Part shown: positions 49,595 to 59,525 of the stretch, piece after piece
Layout: each line of letters begins with the position of its first letter
Numbering within the stretch: position 1 is the first letter of the stretch
Source: Phycisphaerae bacterium
GTDB taxonomy: Bacteria; Planctomycetota; Phycisphaerae; WQYP01
Assembly (NCBI GenBank): GCA_035524355.1
Contig: DATKPA010000019.1
Span: forward strand, 34,117-98,116
Direction of reading: 5' to 3'
DNA length: 64,000 bases
Notes under the pieces: model-generated
Seen by the model: the letters and a program-made list of their open reading frames with translations, nothing else
The model's database searches: none
Told to the model about the DNA's origin: nothing
Position numbers and translations under genes: made by a program

Positions 49595-50581
49595 TTGTCA
49601 ATTCCTGCGGGACAGTTCGCTGAGATGACAAAAGGGGAAGCGGAGGCTTTGGGGATTTCGCGCGAAGGATTGCCTCCGACGATACGCAGGGCGTTTGAGC
49701 CGGTGGCGGGGGCGACGGAGGCGGAGGCGTACACGCGGGAGCTGACGCAGTCGCATTACGAGAATTTTTCGGTGGTGAGTGTGCTGCTGCCGAAGCGGTT
49801 GCGGCAGGATTTCTGCAATGTGTATGCGTTCTGCCGGATCGCGGATGACCTGGGCGATGAGGTGGGGGACAAGGGGCGGGCGCTGGAGTATCTCGGGGCG
49901 TTTCGGGGGCAGTTAATAGAGTGCTACGAGGGGCGGGCAAATACGGCGGTGTTTGTGGCGCTGCAGCAGACGATCAGGCGGCACGATATTCCGATGAAAC
50001 CGTTTGATGATCTGATCCGGGCGTTTGAGCAGGATCAGGTGGTGACGCGGTATGAGACGTTTGAGCAGGATGTGGAGTACTGCACGAAGAGTGCGGATCC
50101 GGTGGGGCGGCTGGTGCTGTACATGTGCGGGTATCGGGATGAGGAGCGGCAGCGGTTGAGCGACAGGATCTGCACGGCGCTGCAATTGATCAATTTCTGG
50201 CAGGATGTGCGGCGGGACATTCTGGAGCGGGATCGAATTTATTTGCCGCGGGAGGATATGGAGCGTTTCGGGGTGACGGAGCGGGATTTGCGGGAGGGTC
50301 GAGTGACGGCGGGGTGTCGGGAGCTGATTCGGTTTGAGGTGGAGCGGACGGAACGGATGTTTGATGAAGGGGCAGCGCTTCTGCCGATGCTTAAACCCAT
50401 GTATCGGAAGCAGATTGCATTGTTTTTGAAGGGCGGGCGGGCGGTGTGCGCGGCGGTGCGGCGGCAGGGGTTTGACACGCTCACTCGGCGGCCACGGCTG
50501 AGCAAATGGCAGAAGGGTCGGCTGATTGCGGGGACGATGATGGGGTATGTGGTGGGGAAATTGACGGGAGGGGCGGCGTGA
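49595..50581 (+). CDS. hpnC: Squalene synthase HpnC
   Basis: HYENFSVVS, FCRIADDLGDE, SADPVGRLVL, LQLINFWQDV; start may be 49625. Confidence 0.93.
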   Translation: MSIPAGQFAEMTKGEAEALGISREGLPPTIRRAFEPVAGATEAEAYTRELTQSHYENFSVVSVLLPKRLRQDFCNVYAFCRIADDLGDEVGDKGRALEYLGAFRGQLIECYEGRANTAVFVALQQTIRRHDIPMKPFDDLIRAFEQDQVVTRYETFEQDVEYCTKSADPVGRLVLYMCGYRDEERQRLSDRICTALQLINFWQDVRRDILERDRIYLPREDMERFGVTERDLREGRVTAGCRELIRFEVERTERMFDEGAALLPMLKPMYRKQIALFLKGGRAVCAAVRRQGFDTLTRRPRLSKWQKGRLIAGTMMGYVVGKLTGGAA

Positions 50582-51507
50582 CGGCGATTGTGCGCGATGA
50601 CATGATCGGTGTGGATGCGGCGGTGCTGGAGAAGTCGCGCGTGTATTGCCGGGAGCTGACGCAGCGCGAGGCGAAGAATTTTTACTACGGGCTCAAGCTG
50701 CTGCCGGAGCCGAAGCGGTCGGCGATGTATGCGTTGTATGCGTACATGCGGATGGTGGATGACATTGCGGATGATGAATCGAACGGGCGGACGGTGGCGC
50801 AGCGGAAGGGGGATCTGGAGCAGTGGGAGCAGTTGACGCATGAGGCGATTCACGCCGGTACGGAGGGGAATGGGTCACTGCCGCGAGGGCATATTCTGTG
50901 GCCGGCGTTTTCGGAGATGGTGCGGCGGTATCGCGTGCCGGGGCACTTGTTTGATGACATGATCGCGGGGCAGCGGCAGGATCTGGAGCCGGTAGCGATC
51001 GGGACGTTCCAGGAGCTGCACGAGTACTGCTATCGGGTGGCGAGCGTGGTGGGGTTGGCGAGCTTGTACGTGTGGGGATTTGAGGGGGGCGAGGCGACGT
51101 TGAAATTGAGCGTGGATCGGGGGATTGCGTTTCAGTTGACGAATGTGCTGCGGGATTTGCGGGAGGATGCCGCGCGCGGGAGATGTTATTTGCCGCGGGA
51201 GGATTTGGAGCGGTTTGGGGTGAGTGAGCGGGAGTTGGCGGAGGGGGCGGGCGGGGCGATTCCCGAGGGGTTTTTGTCGTTGATGCGGTTTGAGATTGAG
51301 CGGGCGGAGGGGTTCTATCGGAGTTCGGCGTCGCTGGACGAAAAGGTGCGGGCGGATTCGCGGCCGACGCTGGTGGCGATGACGGGGATTTACCGCGGGA
51401 TTCTCCAGAAGATTGCGGAGGATCCGACGCGCGTGATGCGGGGGCGGGTGCGGTTATCGACGTTTAATAAGTTGATGATTGGCTGGCGCGCGATGCGGGG
51501 GAAATAA
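50578..51507 (+). CDS. hpnD: Presqualene diphosphate synthase HpnD
   Basis: NFYYG, YMRMVDDIADD, YCYRVASVVG, QLTNVLRD; GTGA overlap with hpnC. Confidence 0.9.
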   Translation: MTAIVRDDMIGVDAAVLEKSRVYCRELTQREAKNFYYGLKLLPEPKRSAMYALYAYMRMVDDIADDESNGRTVAQRKGDLEQWEQLTHEAIHAGTEGNGSLPRGHILWPAFSEMVRRYRVPGHLFDDMIAGQRQDLEPVAIGTFQELHEYCYRVASVVGLASLYVWGFEGGEATLKLSVDRGIAFQLTNVLRDLREDAARGRCYLPREDLERFGVSERELAEGAGGAIPEGFLSLMRFEIERAEGFYRSSASLDEKVRADSRPTLVAMTGIYRGILQKIAEDPTRVMRGRVRLSTFNKLMIGWRAMRGK

Positions 51508-51511
51508 ATGG

Positions 51512-51612
51512 AACCACAGAGGGCACAGAGAACACAGAGGTCGACGGCGGATCTGAGATTCGTGCGTTGCGCTGGTTCCGTTGTCTCTGTGTCCTCTGTG
51601 TTCTCTGTGGTT
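51512..51612. repeat. Inverted nonamer repeat element (CACAGAG type)
   Basis: AACCACAGAGGGCACAGAGAACACAGAG ... CTCTGTGTCCTCTGTGTTCTCTGTGGTT. Confidence 0.9.
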
Positions 51613-51619
51613 GGACTCC

Positions 51620-53029
51620 ATGCCTGACGCAGAAAAGAAAACGGTGATCGTGGTGGGTGGTGGATTGGCGGGGATTGCTTGCGCAGTGGCGCTGGCGAAG
51701 GCCGGGGTGCGCGTGATGTTGCTGGAGTCGCGGTTTGCGCTGGGGGGGCGGGCGGGATCGTTTGAGGATGGCGATGGGGCGCTTTTGGATAATTGTCAGC
51801 ATGTGCTGCTGGGGTGCTGCACGAACTTGATCGATTTGTATCGGCGGCTGGGGGTTTCGGAGAAGGTGCGGTTTCATCGGAGCGTGCATTTTCTGGATGG
51901 GCGCGGGAAGCGACACGATTTGTGGGCGGTTTCCGGGTTGCCGGCCCCGTTGCATCTGGGACTGTCGTTTGCGCTTTTTTCGGCGCTGACGCTGGGGGAG
52001 CGTGTGGCGGTGGCGCGGGCGATGCGGGAGATGCTGCGGATTGGGAAGAGCGGCCGGAATCAATTGGAAGGGGTTGCGTTTGGGGAGTGGCTCGATCGGA
52101 TGAAGCAGCCGGCGGGGTTGGTGCATAAGTTTTATGATCCGGTGCTGATCAGCGCGCTCAACGAAGAGACGCGGCGGGTGAGTGCGAAGTATGCGATCCA
52201 GGTGTTTCAGGATGCAATGCTCGCGCATCGGGAAGGGTTTGTGGTGGGTCTGCCGGCGTGTCCGCTGGGAGAGCTGTATGCGACGGTGCCGGGGGTGGAG
52301 GTGCGGGTGAATACGCGGGTGGAGGAAGTGGTGTTTGAGCGAAATTCAGAATTCAGAGTTCAGAATTCAGAATGGAAGGCGGTCGCGGTGCGATTGCGCG
52401 GGGGGGAGGAGTTGAGGGGGGATGCCGTGGTGCTGGCGACGAATCATCATGCGGTGCAGCGGTGGATTCCGGAGGAATTGAAATCTCGCGATGCGCGGTT
52501 TGCGGGATTAGAGAAGCTGGAGAGCGTGCCGATTCTGGGGGCGCATCTATGGTTTGATCGGCCGATCATGCGGGAGGAGGCAGTGGCGTTGATCGAGGGG
52601 CCGCTGCAGTGGTTGTTTCGGAAGGATGCGGAGGGGCGGGTGCTGCACGGAGTGATCAGCGCCGCGCGGGCGTGGCCGGCGGTTGCGAAGGAGCAGGCGC
52701 TGCGGCAATTTGAGGCGCAGGTGCGGTCGCTGTTTCCTGCGGCGCGGGAGGCGAAGCTGGAACGCGGCGTGATCGTCATCGAAAAACGGGCGACGTTTTC
52801 CCCGCTGCCCGGCACTGATCAGTTCCGTCCATCGCAAGCCCCGCCCCCCGGTGGCATCGCAAGTCTTTTTCTTGCCGGCGACTACACGAAAAGCGATTGG
52901 CCCGCGACGATGGAGGGAGCGGTGCGGAGCGGGTATCTGGCGGCGGAGGCGGTGTTGGGCGCGCCGATGGCGGTGGTGGCGGATCTACCGGTTCAATGGC
53001 TGGCGCGGGTGATGGGTCTTGCACGGTAA
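51620..53029 (+). CDS. hpnE: Hydroxysqualene dehydroxylase HpnE
   Basis: VGGGLAG, LGGRAGS, DNCQHVLLGC, EKRATF, WPATMEGAVRSG. Confidence 0.93.
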   Translation: MPDAEKKTVIVVGGGLAGIACAVALAKAGVRVMLLESRFALGGRAGSFEDGDGALLDNCQHVLLGCCTNLIDLYRRLGVSEKVRFHRSVHFLDGRGKRHDLWAVSGLPAPLHLGLSFALFSALTLGERVAVARAMREMLRIGKSGRNQLEGVAFGEWLDRMKQPAGLVHKFYDPVLISALNEETRRVSAKYAIQVFQDAMLAHREGFVVGLPACPLGELYATVPGVEVRVNTRVEEVVFERNSEFRVQNSEWKAVAVRLRGGEELRGDAVVLATNHHAVQRWIPEELKSRDARFAGLEKLESVPILGAHLWFDRPIMREEAVALIEGPLQWLFRKDAEGRVLHGVISAARAWPAVAKEQALRQFEAQVRSLFPAAREAKLERGVIVIEKRATFSPLPGTDQFRPSQAPPPGGIASLFLAGDYTKSDWPATMEGAVRSGYLAAEAVLGAPMAVVADLPVQWLARVMGLAR

Positions 53030-53129
53030 TCAGCGTTGAAGTGGGGTATCAATGGCGAATAAATGGCTACGAACTGAGTCCCCCACGACGATCGAGTGGG
53101 CGCGTTCTCAGGATGGAGTTTCATATAGG

Positions 53130-53423
53130 ATGCGGATTGCGAGCTTCGCCCTGTTGCTGGGTTTGATCGGCGGATTGGCGGCGTGCGGAGACAACGGCAC
53201 GGGATCGACAACAGCGCCGGCCACCGGGTCTTCCGCGGCGGCACAGCAGATTCGGGAGCACTTGCAAGCGGCGGGGCAGGAGGTTCGAAACGCCGCCACT
53301 GAAGCCGCCACCGAAGTGGGGCCGGCGCTCCGGCGTGCCAAGGAGGAGGCGCGGGAGACGGTGCATGATCTCTCGCAGAAAATTGCGGACCGGACCGCGC
53401 CGGCTTCCGCCACGCAGCCGTGA
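53130..53423 (+). CDS. Small lipoprotein
   Basis: Lipobox LAAC after a hydrophobic signal; ends ATQP. Confidence 0.75.
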   Translation: MRIASFALLLGLIGGLAACGDNGTGSTTAPATGSSAAAQQIREHLQAAGQEVRNAATEAATEVGPALRRAKEEARETVHDLSQKIADRTAPASATQP

Positions 53424-53559
53424 AATTCTGCCTTTCCACTGCACGAAAACCGCTTTCGCAGCAACATGATTCCTTTATGCCGGTTCTCGGGGGTCTTGAC
53501 AGGTGCCACGCTCACCTGTATTTCCACAGGTCTCTTTCATACTCAGGCGGAGGTTCGTC

Positions 53560-54510
53560 ATGAGCAATGCGGCGGATATCGTTGTCGATCGACTCACCAA
53601 GAACTACGGCTCGTTCCTGGCCGTCGATCATATTTCGTTTGAAGTTCCCAAGGGCGTGATCGTCGGTTTCCTGGGGCCCAACGGGGCGGGGAAGACGACG
53701 ACCATTCGCATGCTGACCTGCTACATGCCCCCGACTTCGGGTACGGCGACCGTCGCAGGCCACGACGTGTTTCTCGACTCGCTGAATGTCCGGCGCAATA
53801 TCGGCTACCTGCCCGAATCGACGCCGCTTTACACGGAAATGCGTATTCGTGAGTATCTCGACTTTAAGGCGCGGCTGCGGGGACTGAATCGCGAGGAGCG
53901 GCGGAAAGCGATCGCCCATGCGGCGGACCGCACGTGGCTTACCGATCGGCTCGAAAGCGTGATTGGGCATCTGTCGAAGGGGTATCGCCAGCGCGTCGGA
54001 ATTGCGGACGCGCTACTGCACAATCCGCGCGTGCTGGTGCTGGATGAGCCGACCGTTGGGTTGGATCCGTCGCAGATTCGCGAAGCGCGGAAGCTCATTT
54101 CGGAATTGGCGGGCGATCACACGGTGCTGCTCTCCACGCACATCCTGCAGGAAGTGGAAATGGTGTGCCAGCGTGTGATCATCGTCGCCCGCGGGCAGAT
54201 CGTGGCGCAGGGAACGCCTGAGGAATTGAAGAACAAGGCGGGTTCCGGCGTGCGGGTGGAGGTGCGCGGGCCGTCGGATCAGGTGAAGTCGGCGCTGAGC
54301 ACGATTGCGGGCGTGGAGAAGGTGGATGTGCTGCAGTCGGGGGCTGTCAGCACGGTGAATGTGCGGGGGAAGAACTCGCCGGAAATGCGGGAGCAGATTG
54401 CGGGGATCATCTCGCAGCGCGGGTGGGCACTTCGGGAGATGCGTCAGGAAGGGGCGAGTCTTGAAGAATTCTTTGTGCGGATTACCGATCCCGGTTCGGC
54501 TGCCGCGTGA
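53560..54510 (+). CDS. ABC transporter ATP-binding protein (GldA-like)
   Basis: GPNGAGKTT, LSKGYRQRVG, LDEPT, STHIL. Confidence 0.93.
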   Translation: MSNAADIVVDRLTKNYGSFLAVDHISFEVPKGVIVGFLGPNGAGKTTTIRMLTCYMPPTSGTATVAGHDVFLDSLNVRRNIGYLPESTPLYTEMRIREYLDFKARLRGLNREERRKAIAHAADRTWLTDRLESVIGHLSKGYRQRVGIADALLHNPRVLVLDEPTVGLDPSQIREARKLISELAGDHTVLLSTHILQEVEMVCQRVIIVARGQIVAQGTPEELKNKAGSGVRVEVRGPSDQVKSALSTIAGVEKVDVLQSGAVSTVNVRGKNSPEMREQIAGIISQRGWALREMRQEGASLEEFFVRITDPGSAAA

Positions 54511-54580
54511 GATGCTGTTAGGTTTTCCGGTGCGTCTGCGTCATCCAGAAAAGGGCTCAGGAAAAGACTGAGGTTTCTAT

Positions 54581-55309
54581 ATGGGTCGAGTCATTGTGAT
54601 TGCGAAGCGCGAAGTGGGGTCGCTGTTTTATTCCCCGATCGCCTATTTTGTTCTCTTCCTGTTTTTGATCGTTACGGGAATACTGTTCGGCTGGCTGGTG
54701 TTTATTCCAGGGAAGCCGTCGGAAGTGCGCGATCTGATTGATTTCTCGCGATTTGGGCTGTTTTTCATCATTCCCGGGCTGACCATGTCGCTGCTCGCGG
54801 ATGAATACCGCTCGGGGCGCATTGAAATGCTCCGGACCAGCCCGCTGACCGAACTGGATCTGGTTCTTGGCAAGTATGTCGGCGCGATGCTCTTTTACCT
54901 GATCCTGCTTGCTTCCACGTTTCTTTATGTTGCCCTGCTCGTGGCGTACGGTCGGCCGGATTGGGGGGCGACTCTTGCCGCGTACCTCGGCCTGCTGCTG
55001 CTGGGGATGATGTTCGTCTCCGTGGGGCTTTTCTTTTCCAGTTGCACGCAGAATCAGATCGTCGCCTACCTCGCCACGCTGCTTGTGCTCGGGTTTTTCA
55101 CATTCTGCGGGGCGCTCACGTCGCTCTTCCCGGCGTCAGTGGGGATCGTGCCGATCCGACAGCCGCTGACGTATCTCGGTGTCAGCTCGCACATCGCCGA
55201 TTTCGCGAAGGGCATCATTGCCATTTCGCATCTGAGTTATTTTCTCGGCTTCACACTCCTCTTTCTATTCCTGACTTACCTCGTTCTCGAGAGCCGCAAG
55301 TGGCGGTAA
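54581..55309 (+). CDS. ABC-2 permease (GldF-like)
   Basis: FYSPIAY, ADEYRSGRIEML, GKY, QNQIVA, LESRKWR. Confidence 0.9.
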   Translation: MGRVIVIAKREVGSLFYSPIAYFVLFLFLIVTGILFGWLVFIPGKPSEVRDLIDFSRFGLFFIIPGLTMSLLADEYRSGRIEMLRTSPLTELDLVLGKYVGAMLFYLILLASTFLYVALLVAYGRPDWGATLAAYLGLLLLGMMFVSVGLFFSSCTQNQIVAYLATLLVLGFFTFCGALTSLFPASVGIVPIRQPLTYLGVSSHIADFAKGIIAISHLSYFLGFTLLFLFLTYLVLESRKWR

Positions 55310-55368
55310 GAGACAACTTTTCCTCGCCTCCCGGCCCCGCTCCTTTTTGAGATTCTTTCAGGTGAACA

Positions 55369-57489
55369 ATGACTCAATCTGATACGCAAAGCTCGCAGAC
55401 CCCTGAGACCGGCAAGAGAAGCTACTGGCTGTACGGCTCGAACGTCGCCATCCTTGTCATCATCGCCGTTGTCATCATCACCATGCTGATGGCACTGACG
55501 GCCCCTATCAGGAAGAAGTGGGACCTCACGGGCAACGGTGCGTACTCGCTCAGCGGCTATACGCAGCAGCTTCTCAAGGATGTCGACGAAAAGAAGCAGA
55601 AGTTCGAGCTCATTAATGCATTTCCGCTCACCGAAAGTCGGCAGCAGCAGGTGCAGGACATTCTCGACGAATACGCCCGCGCCTCGAACAACATCGCTGT
55701 CGCGGATCTGTCGCAGGTGAACCGGGACCAGATCGTCCAGAAGATCAAGGATCGTTACACCTCGGAGCTGCATCCGTATGAGGATGCGGTCGCGGACTAT
55801 CGCAAGGTTTCCGCGGACGTCGCGAAATTTGCCAAAGCGGAAGCTGCGAATATGGGGGCCGTCGCTCAGCAACCAGGGGCGACTGAACAGACGCAGAAGG
55901 ATGCCGCGCAGATGCAGGGGCTTTTCAGCGACCTCGTCCCGGCGGTGCTCAGCGACACGCGCCGGGATGTGAACCGATATACCGACACCACGACTCCCGA
56001 CTATGGGCAGGCGGTGGATTCAATCAAGAAGAACTTCGGCCAGATCGTCAAGCAGCTCACGCTTTTGAGCGATCAGAAGCAGGTCGGGGAAATACTCTCT
56101 CCCCCCGTCGCCAAACTGCTTGCCGATGAGGAAAAACAGTATGCCGCGATGCTGGCGGAGCTGAAGGATTATCTCGCGAAGCTCGACAAGCTGCCGCCGT
56201 CGAAGGTGCAGGACGTTCTGAACAATCTGGGGCCGGACACGATCGTCGTCCTCGGCCCCAGCAGCGCGTCGGTCGTTTCCGAATCCTCCATCTACAAGGC
56301 CCCCACCGACGAGAGTTCGCAGGCCACGCCGGCGTTCCAGGGCGAGCAGGCGGTCAGCTCCGCGCTGCTTCCGATGATCGAACCGAATAAAGTGAAAGTT
56401 GTGTTTGTCTCCTCCACGTCGAACCTTCATCCCTCCACTTCTACCAATGAGGAAGGGTGGAGCGACATTGCAGATCGCCTGCGTTCCGTGAATTTTGATG
56501 TGATGGAGTGGGCGCCGCCGGGTCCGCCGACCGGGCCGGACCAGCCGCCCCAGAGTCCCACGCCGCCGGCGGAAGGGAAGGGCGTCGTCTGGATCGTTTT
56601 CCCGCCCGATCCGGCGAATCCGCAGATGATGATGATGGGCATGCCGCCGCCGAGCCCGCAGCCGGTGATCGATGCCGTGAAGAAGCATCTCGACGAAGGC
56701 GGGCAGGTCCTCTTCCTCGCCGACGCAGCATCCAACGACATGTTCAGCCAGGGGACCGGATACGCTTATGCCGACCTGCTCAAGCCGTTCGGTATTGATG
56801 TGGAGTCGAAATACACCGTTGTTCACAATTATCCCGATCAGAACGGCGAGCGGCGGGTCTTCCCGCAGATTCTCGTAAGCCGCTACGGGGACCATCCGAT
56901 CACCAAGCCGCTGCAGGCGCTGCAGACCGCGTTCGTCGGCTTCGGCAGCAGGAACATGCCGGGATTTTTCGGCGCTCCCACCTACGTCGGCGTCGACAAG
57001 CAGATTCCCGCCGGCGTGGATGCACAAGTGCTCCTGGAGTCCCCCAACGACAGCGACACCTGGGCCGAAGCGACCTACAACCAGACCGCCGCCTTCAACA
57101 AAGGCACCGACCTCGCCGCTCCGATTCCCCTCGCCGCGGCGGCCGTGAAAAACAACGGCAAGCCGGACGAGCAGCGCGTGGTGGTGATCGCCTGTCGGAC
57201 CATTGGCGCCAATACGCTTATCGAAGCCATCAATGCCCGCGAGAACGATCGCGGCGGGGCGGAGCTGTTCATGGTCAACCCGGGCAACGCGGAGTTGCTG
57301 ACGAATAGCGTGCTCTGGCTGGGCGGGTACAAGAACATGATCGCGGTGAGCGCAAAATCCGCCGCCGCCGCACGCATCCGCAGCATTCCGGAAGGCATGA
57401 TGCTCTTTATCCACGTTATGCTCTATCTTGGCATTCCGCTGCTCGCACTCGTGCTCGGCGGCGTGGTTTATTTCTTCCGCCGCCGGTAA
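55369..57489 (+). CDS. GldG-like ABC auxiliary protein
   Basis: WDLT..GAYSLS, GEQAVSSAL, HPITKPL, NAELLTNSVLWL, C-terminal TM plus RRR. Confidence 0.8.
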   Translation: MTQSDTQSSQTPETGKRSYWLYGSNVAILVIIAVVIITMLMALTAPIRKKWDLTGNGAYSLSGYTQQLLKDVDEKKQKFELINAFPLTESRQQQVQDILDEYARASNNIAVADLSQVNRDQIVQKIKDRYTSELHPYEDAVADYRKVSADVAKFAKAEAANMGAVAQQPGATEQTQKDAAQMQGLFSDLVPAVLSDTRRDVNRYTDTTTPDYGQAVDSIKKNFGQIVKQLTLLSDQKQVGEILSPPVAKLLADEEKQYAAMLAELKDYLAKLDKLPPSKVQDVLNNLGPDTIVVLGPSSASVVSESSIYKAPTDESSQATPAFQGEQAVSSALLPMIEPNKVKVVFVSSTSNLHPSTSTNEEGWSDIADRLRSVNFDVMEWAPPGPPTGPDQPPQSPTPPAEGKGVVWIVFPPDPANPQMMMMGMPPPSPQPVIDAVKKHLDEGGQVLFLADAASNDMFSQGTGYAYADLLKPFGIDVESKYTVVHNYPDQNGERRVFPQILVSRYGDHPITKPLQALQTAFVGFGSRNMPGFFGAPTYVGVDKQIPAGVDAQVLLESPNDSDTWAEATYNQTAAFNKGTDLAAPIPLAAAAVKNNGKPDEQRVVVIACRTIGANTLIEAINARENDRGGAELFMVNPGNAELLTNSVLWLGGYKNMIAVSAKSAAAARIRSIPEGMMLFIHVMLYLGIPLLALVLGGVVYFFRRR

Positions 57490-57494
57490 CCGGA

Positions 57495-57526
57495 TTCTGA
57501 ATTCCGACTTATGACTCCTGACTTCT
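57495..57526. repeat. Heptamer tandem repeat (TCYGACT type)
   Basis: TTCTGAATTCCGACTTATGACTCCTGACTTCT. Confidence 0.7.
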
Positions 57527-57539
57527 CCCAGAGGCTCCC

Positions 57540-59456
57540 ATGAATTTCCGTCTCACCCTCTCAATGGTCATCGTTCTGGTCCTCGTGCTCATTCTTTACA
57601 TCGGCATCACGAACCACCAGAAAAACGCCACGCCGGAGAATGACGCCACGAAGAACCTCGTCATCTCGCCGGCGCCCACCGCAATCAAAACGATTTCCTA
57701 CACGCAGGATGGCGACAAGCAGGTCGCGTTCGAGAAAATCGCCACCGGCTGGAATCTCACCTATCCCACCACCGCCCCCGCGAACACATGGGATGTCGAC
57801 CCCATTGCCGATGGCCTGAAAACTCTCTCCTTCAAGGAAAAGTTCGAACCGGAGGTCAGCGGCGTGAAGAGCCCGCAAAACACCGGAACCGACAAGCCCC
57901 GCAACGTCATCACCTTTAGCGACGATGCAGGACACGAGCACACGCTCAACCTCGGCAAGGCCACCATCGGCGGTATCTTCGCCACCATCGACGGCGGCAA
58001 AACCATCTATCTCCTCTCCGCCAACCCGCTCGACAACCTGCAGAAAGACCCCAACGATTTCCGCAACCGCACCATCAAGGAAACCCCCGCCGACAGAATT
58101 GCCGAAATCCAGATCAAGCATCCGAAGGAGACCATCTCGCTCGAAAAATCCGGCGACAGGTGGCTCATCGACGCCCCAATCACCGCGCGGGCGAATCACA
58201 GCACCGTCGATGAAATCATCAACGAGATGAAGGGCATCCACGCCTTCGGTTTCTCCGACCTCGCCAAGACCCAGCCCGCCACCGGCCTCAATCCGCCCGT
58301 CCTGGCCGTCACCGCCATGGTTGAAGAGGCTTACCCCTCCACGCCCGTTTCCACTTCCCCCTCCACCCAACCCTCGAAGAAAACCCCCGTCACCCTCGAA
58401 CTCGGCTACTACACCGATCTCACAAGCAAGAACGCCGTCTACGCCAGTCTCGCCGGCTCCGATGGCGTCTTCACCGTGAGCGCGGATACGTTCAAGAAGC
58501 TCGATCGGCAGCTCAAGGAGTTGCGCGATCCCGCCATCACCCCCGCTCCCGTCGCCAACGCCACCGACCTCTCCATCAACACCCTCACCCTGAAAAAAGA
58601 GAAGGAACAGTGGCAGATCACCAGCCTGCCGCACCCCATCCCCGCGGGTATATCCGAGGTCAATTCCCTCCTTGCCGACATCGCAGGCCTCCGCGCGATC
58701 AACTACGCCGACAACGCCGGCGACCTCAAATCCATCGGCCTCGATCCGCCTCAGATTACCATCACGCTCACGGTTCCCGGCCAGTCGCAGAAGGAAACCC
58801 TTCTCATCGGAAAACCGGAAACTGCGGACAAGGTCACCCCGATGATGCGGCAGGGCGAACCGACCGTGTACCTCGTGCAAACCGCTGACGCCGACAAGAT
58901 CGCCCCCACGCCGCTCACGCTCCGCGACAAGACCGTGGACAAGCTCACCGCCGACGCCATCCGCACCATCGCCGTCTCCGGGGAAAAGAACTTCACGCTG
59001 CAGCGCGAAGGCTCTACGTGGAGCGTCACAGAGCAGAACGGCAAGCCACAAAAAGCCGACGAACTGAAGATCACCCCCCTGCTCGGCGACTTCACCCCCG
59101 TCACAGCGGCGAAGTACCTCGCCGAGGAGAGCAAGACTGGCTGGAATCTCCCCGCGAAGCCGGACCTCACCGTGATGATCACCTCGCAGGAATCCGCCGC
59201 CCCGACCTCGCAGCCGACAACCTTCTCCGCCGCGCCCGCCGGTCCCACGCTCACGCATCCCGTGACCCACACGCTGCGGCTCTATAAGGATTCGAAGACG
59301 AACACATGGAAAGCCGTCTGGGATGGCGGTTCCGAACCGCAATGGCTGTTCGAGCCGGTGCCCACGCTGATCGCGCATCTGACGGCCACCGATTACCCGG
59401 TTCCGACCACGCAGCCGGCGACGCAGCCTGCCGCTCCGGCCGCGGCGCCGCAGTAA
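57540..59456 (+). CDS. DUF4340-domain protein
   Basis: N-terminal TM; repeated W..P...A / GLxPP / FRNR units typical after GldG-like genes. Confidence 0.8.
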   Translation: MNFRLTLSMVIVLVLVLILYIGITNHQKNATPENDATKNLVISPAPTAIKTISYTQDGDKQVAFEKIATGWNLTYPTTAPANTWDVDPIADGLKTLSFKEKFEPEVSGVKSPQNTGTDKPRNVITFSDDAGHEHTLNLGKATIGGIFATIDGGKTIYLLSANPLDNLQKDPNDFRNRTIKETPADRIAEIQIKHPKETISLEKSGDRWLIDAPITARANHSTVDEIINEMKGIHAFGFSDLAKTQPATGLNPPVLAVTAMVEEAYPSTPVSTSPSTQPSKKTPVTLELGYYTDLTSKNAVYASLAGSDGVFTVSADTFKKLDRQLKELRDPAITPAPVANATDLSINTLTLKKEKEQWQITSLPHPIPAGISEVNSLLADIAGLRAINYADNAGDLKSIGLDPPQITITLTVPGQSQKETLLIGKPETADKVTPMMRQGEPTVYLVQTADADKIAPTPLTLRDKTVDKLTADAIRTIAVSGEKNFTLQREGSTWSVTEQNGKPQKADELKITPLLGDFTPVTAAKYLAEESKTGWNLPAKPDLTVMITSQESAAPTSQPTTFSAAPAGPTLTHPVTHTLRLYKDSKTNTWKAVWDGGSEPQWLFEPVPTLIAHLTATDYPVPTTQPATQPAAPAAAPQ

Positions 59457-59525
59457 CGGAACGCTGCATCAAACGCTGCGTCAGCAGTGTGTTAAAAAGT
59501 CCGATGGCTCGTTTTCAAAATGATT

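Noticed and set aside
59482-59520. IS-end-like sequence CAGCAGTGTGTTAAAAAGTCC
   Set aside because: No matching partner end or transposase; too weak to call a mobile element.
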